A stretch of DNA of 64,000 nt. It comes from Yuukianura sp. NJ FZ-2021. Taxonomy: Eukaryota. Below the pieces are notes generated by a model, which worked only from the letters and a program-made list of their open reading frames with translations, was not told the origin of the DNA and did not search any database. Of the stretch, positions 59,444 to 64,000 are shown piece by piece (position 1 is the stretch's first letter; each line of letters opens with the position of its first letter). Location of the stretch: contig CM102288.1 of assembly GCA_046563655.1 (NCBI GenBank), positions 4,712,001 to 4,776,000 of the forward strand. The letters are read 5' to 3'. Made by a program: the position numbers and the translations under genes.

Positions 59444-61291
59444 TTAGCTTTGGGGTTCACAAACTTCACAGGATTTTGGACAGTAGATGCTCATGTACTC
59501 TGCGTGCGAATCACAAGCTCCCTTGGATGCCCAAGCTGGACATTCCCTTTTCATGTCTTGACAAGGATTGGCTAGTGAAGTATTTCAAAAAACGAAAAAT
59601 GAAAATTTCGAAATTTCGAAAATCGGTGTTTGGCTTTGGCTGTTCCTTACAGCAAATGTTGCAGGCCTCTCGACAAGTGACCTTGAACCAAGCGTTTTCG
59701 GAGCAGGTCGTCAATAACTTAAACACGTCACAATTTTCATGAAAGTCTTTGCAGTTATCCGATTGACGAAAATCTGTTCAATCAGTGAAAAAGTATTTCT
59801 TTAAAAGGTTAATGTATTTCAGAAATTTCATGAACGATTAGTAATTGAGTTAGCGAATTACCAATTGGTGGCTCTACGCTTTCGTTGCTGTCTTCGTCAA
59901 GTTGAAACGCTCGATGTCTCTTCCTCACTCCTTCACATTTGTACATTTTGTTGATCCTCAGAACGTCTGACTAATTACAGCACAAAAACATGAAGTTTTC
60001 AAAAATTATTCAATTTCAAAAATCAAAATCTCTTTTTCCAAAAAAGTCGAATTTTGGACAACCTTTGAAAGGACTTTGGCCAACCCCATGTTTTCATTTT
60101 TAGATTTCGGTTCCATTACAACCAGTTTACCAGGTTCACGTGAGAAGGCATATTTGTCGTAATGCATGATAGAGTCAGTGTCGTAGTCCACTCCAAAAGC
60201 ATTCACTTGACGCTGATTCATCTTGTCAAAGTTGAAGCGATTTTCTGCACTTAAACAAAAGTGAATTGACTTGTTAATCAAAATATGACCTTGACCTCTG
60301 ACCTGGTTTGACATTGCCCAGGTACACGTTGACGTAGTTGTCTCTGTCAGGTCGATTTTGCTCATGCCAAAACCCTACCTAGAAAAGTCATGTCACCAAA
60401 TTTTTAAAAACAAGACTTTCCACTTTTTTGAAATGTTAATTTTAATTGAATTACGGCATGATTGAGTTCATGAATGGCAATATCTGTGTACTCGCATCCA
60501 TCACCAAGCGACAGCGTCTGTTCTCCTCCGATTCTTCCAGCGTCACTGTCACATCCATTACCATGGATGATGTGGATGTAGTCATTTTGAGTACTGCGAG
60601 GTACAAATCTAATGCAAGTCGTTTCGTGGAAGTTATCAAATGCTTTGGCAATCAGTTGTCTCTGCTTCGATGCTGCAAGTACAAGAATCATATAAAAATC
60701 ACTTTTCCAACACGAGCTATCAGTATTTCATAAATTTTTTGGAACAGAAATTTTTTAGAATCGGTTTTTACTGAATTTGGACGAGATGATGTAAGGAATT
60801 TGAACAGTTTCGCCAACTTTGGGCCAGCGTTTCCGATCATCTACGAGGCCATTCCGAGTTTGCGTGTCCTCACGTTCCCGCTCTTGTTCTCGCCGAAAAC
60901 TCTTGGCAAACAGAACTTCACTATCATAAAATCCGGTATTTCGCTGGCGCTGTTCCGATTCTAAAGTAAAATGGAAATTTAAAACAAAAATTCAATTTTT
61001 CAAAATCAATCAATTCAAGTCTACTCACCAATTAGTTTGGACGCTTCAAATTCACTAGGATTCAGTGGTTCAGCTGGAATCGAAGTCTCGATAGCAGTGA
61101 TGGTCACAGGTTCTGAAATCTTAAAAATCTCCTCCTTCATACAAATAAGAAAAAAAGTTGAAAGTAAAATGCATATTGTGGATACTTACAGTTTTGAGAA
61201 ATGATGCTGCAGAAGTTGCGTGGAGTTGCAATATTATCCGAATAACCAAAACCTTAAATACTGTACTCATTGGCAGCATTTTGTCCGCCAT
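59444..61291 (-). CDS. Second astacin metalloprotease with two ShK domains (tandem paralog)
   Basis: TCIRFVPR; GCDSDAGR; HELNHAVGFWHEQNRPDRD; YDTDSIMHY; last exons CKDFHENC..CREACNIC and CQDMKRECPAWASKGAC..CPKSCEVC; which of three in-frame ATGs (61291/61279/61270) is used is uncertain. Confidence 0.88.
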
Positions 61292-61639
61292 TTTGAAATT
61301 GAATGGAACCGTACCCCTTCTACAAACAAAATCAAGTATTAAAGTTCATCTGCAAAATATTTTAGGAATTACGATGTTAAACTAAATGCTAATTCAGGGT
61401 TGTTCCAGTTTCCAGAAAAAACGAAATCCAGAAATGTCAATTTTGGTTCACCTTTACGTAAGCTCCACATTTTTAGCTTCTTTTTTTTGTAAGTAAAACT
61501 AAACTAGGTCAGTCGGGTTGCTCAAAATTTCAAGGTGATCCAAATCTGCTTCTGAATTTATGATTAGTAGAATTCCGATTCTTTATTGTTCCCAAATAAA
61601 TACATATTTTAGCAGACTAATTTTTAACATAAGCTCTAA

Positions 61640-64000
61640 TCAACTACAAAGTGCTAAAGCTATGACAGGAAGGAGAACAAAATGAAGTGAGTTGATTACT
61701 AGCTGTTGACTGCTGCTCGCTGTGGAGTCTGAGGCAGGTTTTGGTGTAGAAGTGGTCGTTGTTGTTGTCGTTGGAGCTTCCGTAGGTTTCGCATGTCGTG
61801 TAATGAGGTCGCCTTGAGCGTTGGTTCCAGGCTCCGGTTCAGCCAAGATGGTTTCGACAATTTCGGATTCATCTGCAGGTGGAGCATTGGGAACAACAGA
61901 ACTTTTGTTCGTTGGAGGTTTTGAATTTTTCGTGGTCGAATTGGCGTCTCCTTCACCTTCGATAGAACGAACTGCGATGTCATCAGTCGGAGCATCTGAA
62001 CTTGACGCTGAAGCAGGAATGTTGAAATGCGTTGCGTCCACAGAGGTGGCACTCTTGAGCGCCTGAATTTGGTCCACACTGAGGAACGACAAAAGTTTTG
62101 GATTAGCCATAACTCGTTTGGCGGTGACATACGTCAAATTTCCAAGATGTGCTGGAGTTAGGCTCTGAATTTGTTGCGGTGTCATTTCCTGGACAGCCAG
62201 ATGGTGGAGTCCTTCCAGGGCCAAGGGCGAAATTGATGCAAGTGCTTCAGGCGTTAATCCTAAACACACACAAAAAGCAATCGTAAGTTCTTCAGAAATC
62301 TGTCACAATTTCAAAATCCGATGCATTTGAAAGACAAAATTAAAAAGCAGTTTCGAAGTATTGTCAACGTACCTGCCACTACAACCCCGACCGTATTGAC
62401 ATCTTCAATCGTCCAAGCGTTCGGAGGACCAAAATTGGTGGGCTGGACAGCATAGTGTGCCAGAACAGATAACGTCTGAGGTTCACATCCTTGGAGCCTT
62501 CCAAGTAAAGGACTCACGTACAAGAACATCGTCGGAGAAGAATCGAACATAATTTTCAACACAGTTTCGCTTAGGCCACAGACGATATTTCCAAGTGACC
62601 ATATCGTGGCCCTCATCAAATGTTCTTCAACTGGACGAACTTGTGTAGTATCGAGGCCATTGTCTTTCGTAAACTTGTCACCAATCACCTTCAGCTGAAA
62701 TCAGAATCCACAGAATTTCAAAAAACTTTTCCTTCGTTTTTTTTTTAAATTTGTTTTTACTAACCATTACAGGATCCGTAATTTGTGATCCAAGAACAGA
62801 AACGCTGTCCAGGTTGAGCGGCACAGAAAGGTCAATGGCCGAAATGTCAAAAGGAGTCAAGTTGTCCTTGCTTCCAGAATCAATAGAACTGAACAATCCA
62901 TTGGCAGCATTTGCATGTCCCGATGTTGACAGAGCCGTGACCAAATTTCCGAGTTCAATGAGGTTTACAGTAGTAAGAGCCTGGGTAGTTAAATTCAACT
63001 TCTGTTTGTACACTCGTAGTATTTCACGCTTCGCTGATTCACTCCAATCCACAAATCCAATTGTTTCAATGCAGTCACGCAAGTCATTTGGGTGCAGCGA
63101 TGCCAAATCCCGTGGTATGACACCGATTGCTGCAGGTCCGGCGGCTTTAATTCCCAGACATGTCAACTATTAGACAAAAACCAAACCAAAAGAATAATGT
63201 ATTCAAAAAGTTTAAATTTTACGGCGTAACGGCCAATTGGATGCAATAAAAATTCATACCTTAGGCTCCTGATTGTCCAAAATCGATCTTATACGTTCAT
63301 CATTTTTCACGGGACGAGCTGCTTGTGCTCCAGTTGGTGGTGGTTGCTGAGACTGGCCAGGTTTCGACTGTGGTGGCTGTTGAATTTTTGGTGCCGGTGG
63401 CTGTTGAAATTGTGGTGGCGGTGGCTGTTGAAATTGTGGTGCCGGTGGCTGTTGAAACTGTGGTGGCGATGGCTGTTGAAACTGTGATGGTGGCTGTTGA
63501 AATTGTGGTGACAGTGGCTGTTGAAATTGTGGTGGTGGTGGCTGTTGAAATTGTGGTGGTGGTGGCTGTTGAAATTGTGGTGGCGGTGGCTGTTGAAATT
63601 GTGGTGGTGGTGGCTGTTGAAATTGTGGTGGTGGTGGCTGTTGAAATTGTGGTGACGGTGGCTGTTGAAATTGTGGCCGTGATGGCTGTTGAAATTGTGG
63701 TGGCGGTGGCTGTTGAAATTGTGGTCGTGGTGGCTGTTGAAATTGTGGTGGTTGTGGCTGCTCTCTTGGAGGGGTCGATGGATGTGGCGTCCGTCCCGTT
63801 TGAGTAGCCATTGTTTCTGGCAAGTGAGGATGGACGATTGGAGGTTGTTGTTGTCTTGGATCCATTTGACCTTGAACCATGCCTGGAGGTTGTTGTTGTC
63901 TTGGATCCATTTGACCTTGAACCATGCCTGGAGGTGGTGGCATCGGAGCTTGCCTTCTGTACCTCTGAGAATCAAAATCCAGCGTTTCCTGGCCGCATAC
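61640..64000 (-). CDS. Otoancorin/stereocilin/mesothelin-like GPI-anchored protein with N-terminal Gln/Pro repeat (5' end outside window)
   Basis: FGPPNAWTIEDVNTVGVVVAG and GLTPEALASISP..MTPQQIQSLT resemble the conserved C-terminal region of this superfamily; Ser/Thr stalk and hydrophobic GPI-type tail; frame is open to the window edge (VCGQETLDFDSQRYRRQAP). Confidence 0.65.
63370..63760 (-). repeat. Coding 24-bp tandem repeat (PPPQFQQP, ~16 units)
   Basis: GCTGTTGAAATTGTGGTGGTGGTG units on the + strand; an adjacent 45-bp duplication (PPGMVQGQMDPRQQQ x2) lies at ~63840-63935. Confidence 0.92.

Noticed and set aside
63307..63975. His-rich (HHNFNSH)n and (VAVEIV)n ORFs
   Set aside because: Alternative frames of the 24-bp coding repeat; the Q/P frame is open to the window edge and ends at a GT donor leading to the downstream exons.

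Overview
Gene-dense, AT-rich eukaryotic DNA with many short (~60-120 nt) GT-AG introns. The gene content (group I chitinase, DIP/lachesin-like Ig protein, astacin-ShK proteases) indicates an arthropod; a compact-genome hexapod such as a springtail is plausible but is inference only. Conserved genes recognised by motif: KIF6, PRPF40A, ATP5F1B, EAF, FMNL-type formin, Cht5, PPM1E/F-like PP2C, RAD51D-like, DLGAP5/HURP-like, PLD6/zucchini-like, OSGEPL1, DDX42, PIGV, two tandem astacin-ShK proteases and a 5'-truncated otoancorin/stereocilin-like GPI protein. Manual splicing revealed items the ORF track does not resolve: a 3-exon 4-TM gene nested antisense in a formin intron, a 5-exon secreted Arg/Pro-rich 6-Cys peptide gene, a candidate intronic H/ACA snoRNA, a symmetric cassette exon in ATP synthase beta, a 14-bp tail-to-tail CDS overlap between DLGAP5 and zucchini, two related MITE-like elements, and six perfect AGGTCAAAGGTCA (DR1-like) 13-mers all in short introns. 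Exon boundaries are hand-derived and unverified by RNA data. No rRNA, tRNA or CRISPR array was seen.
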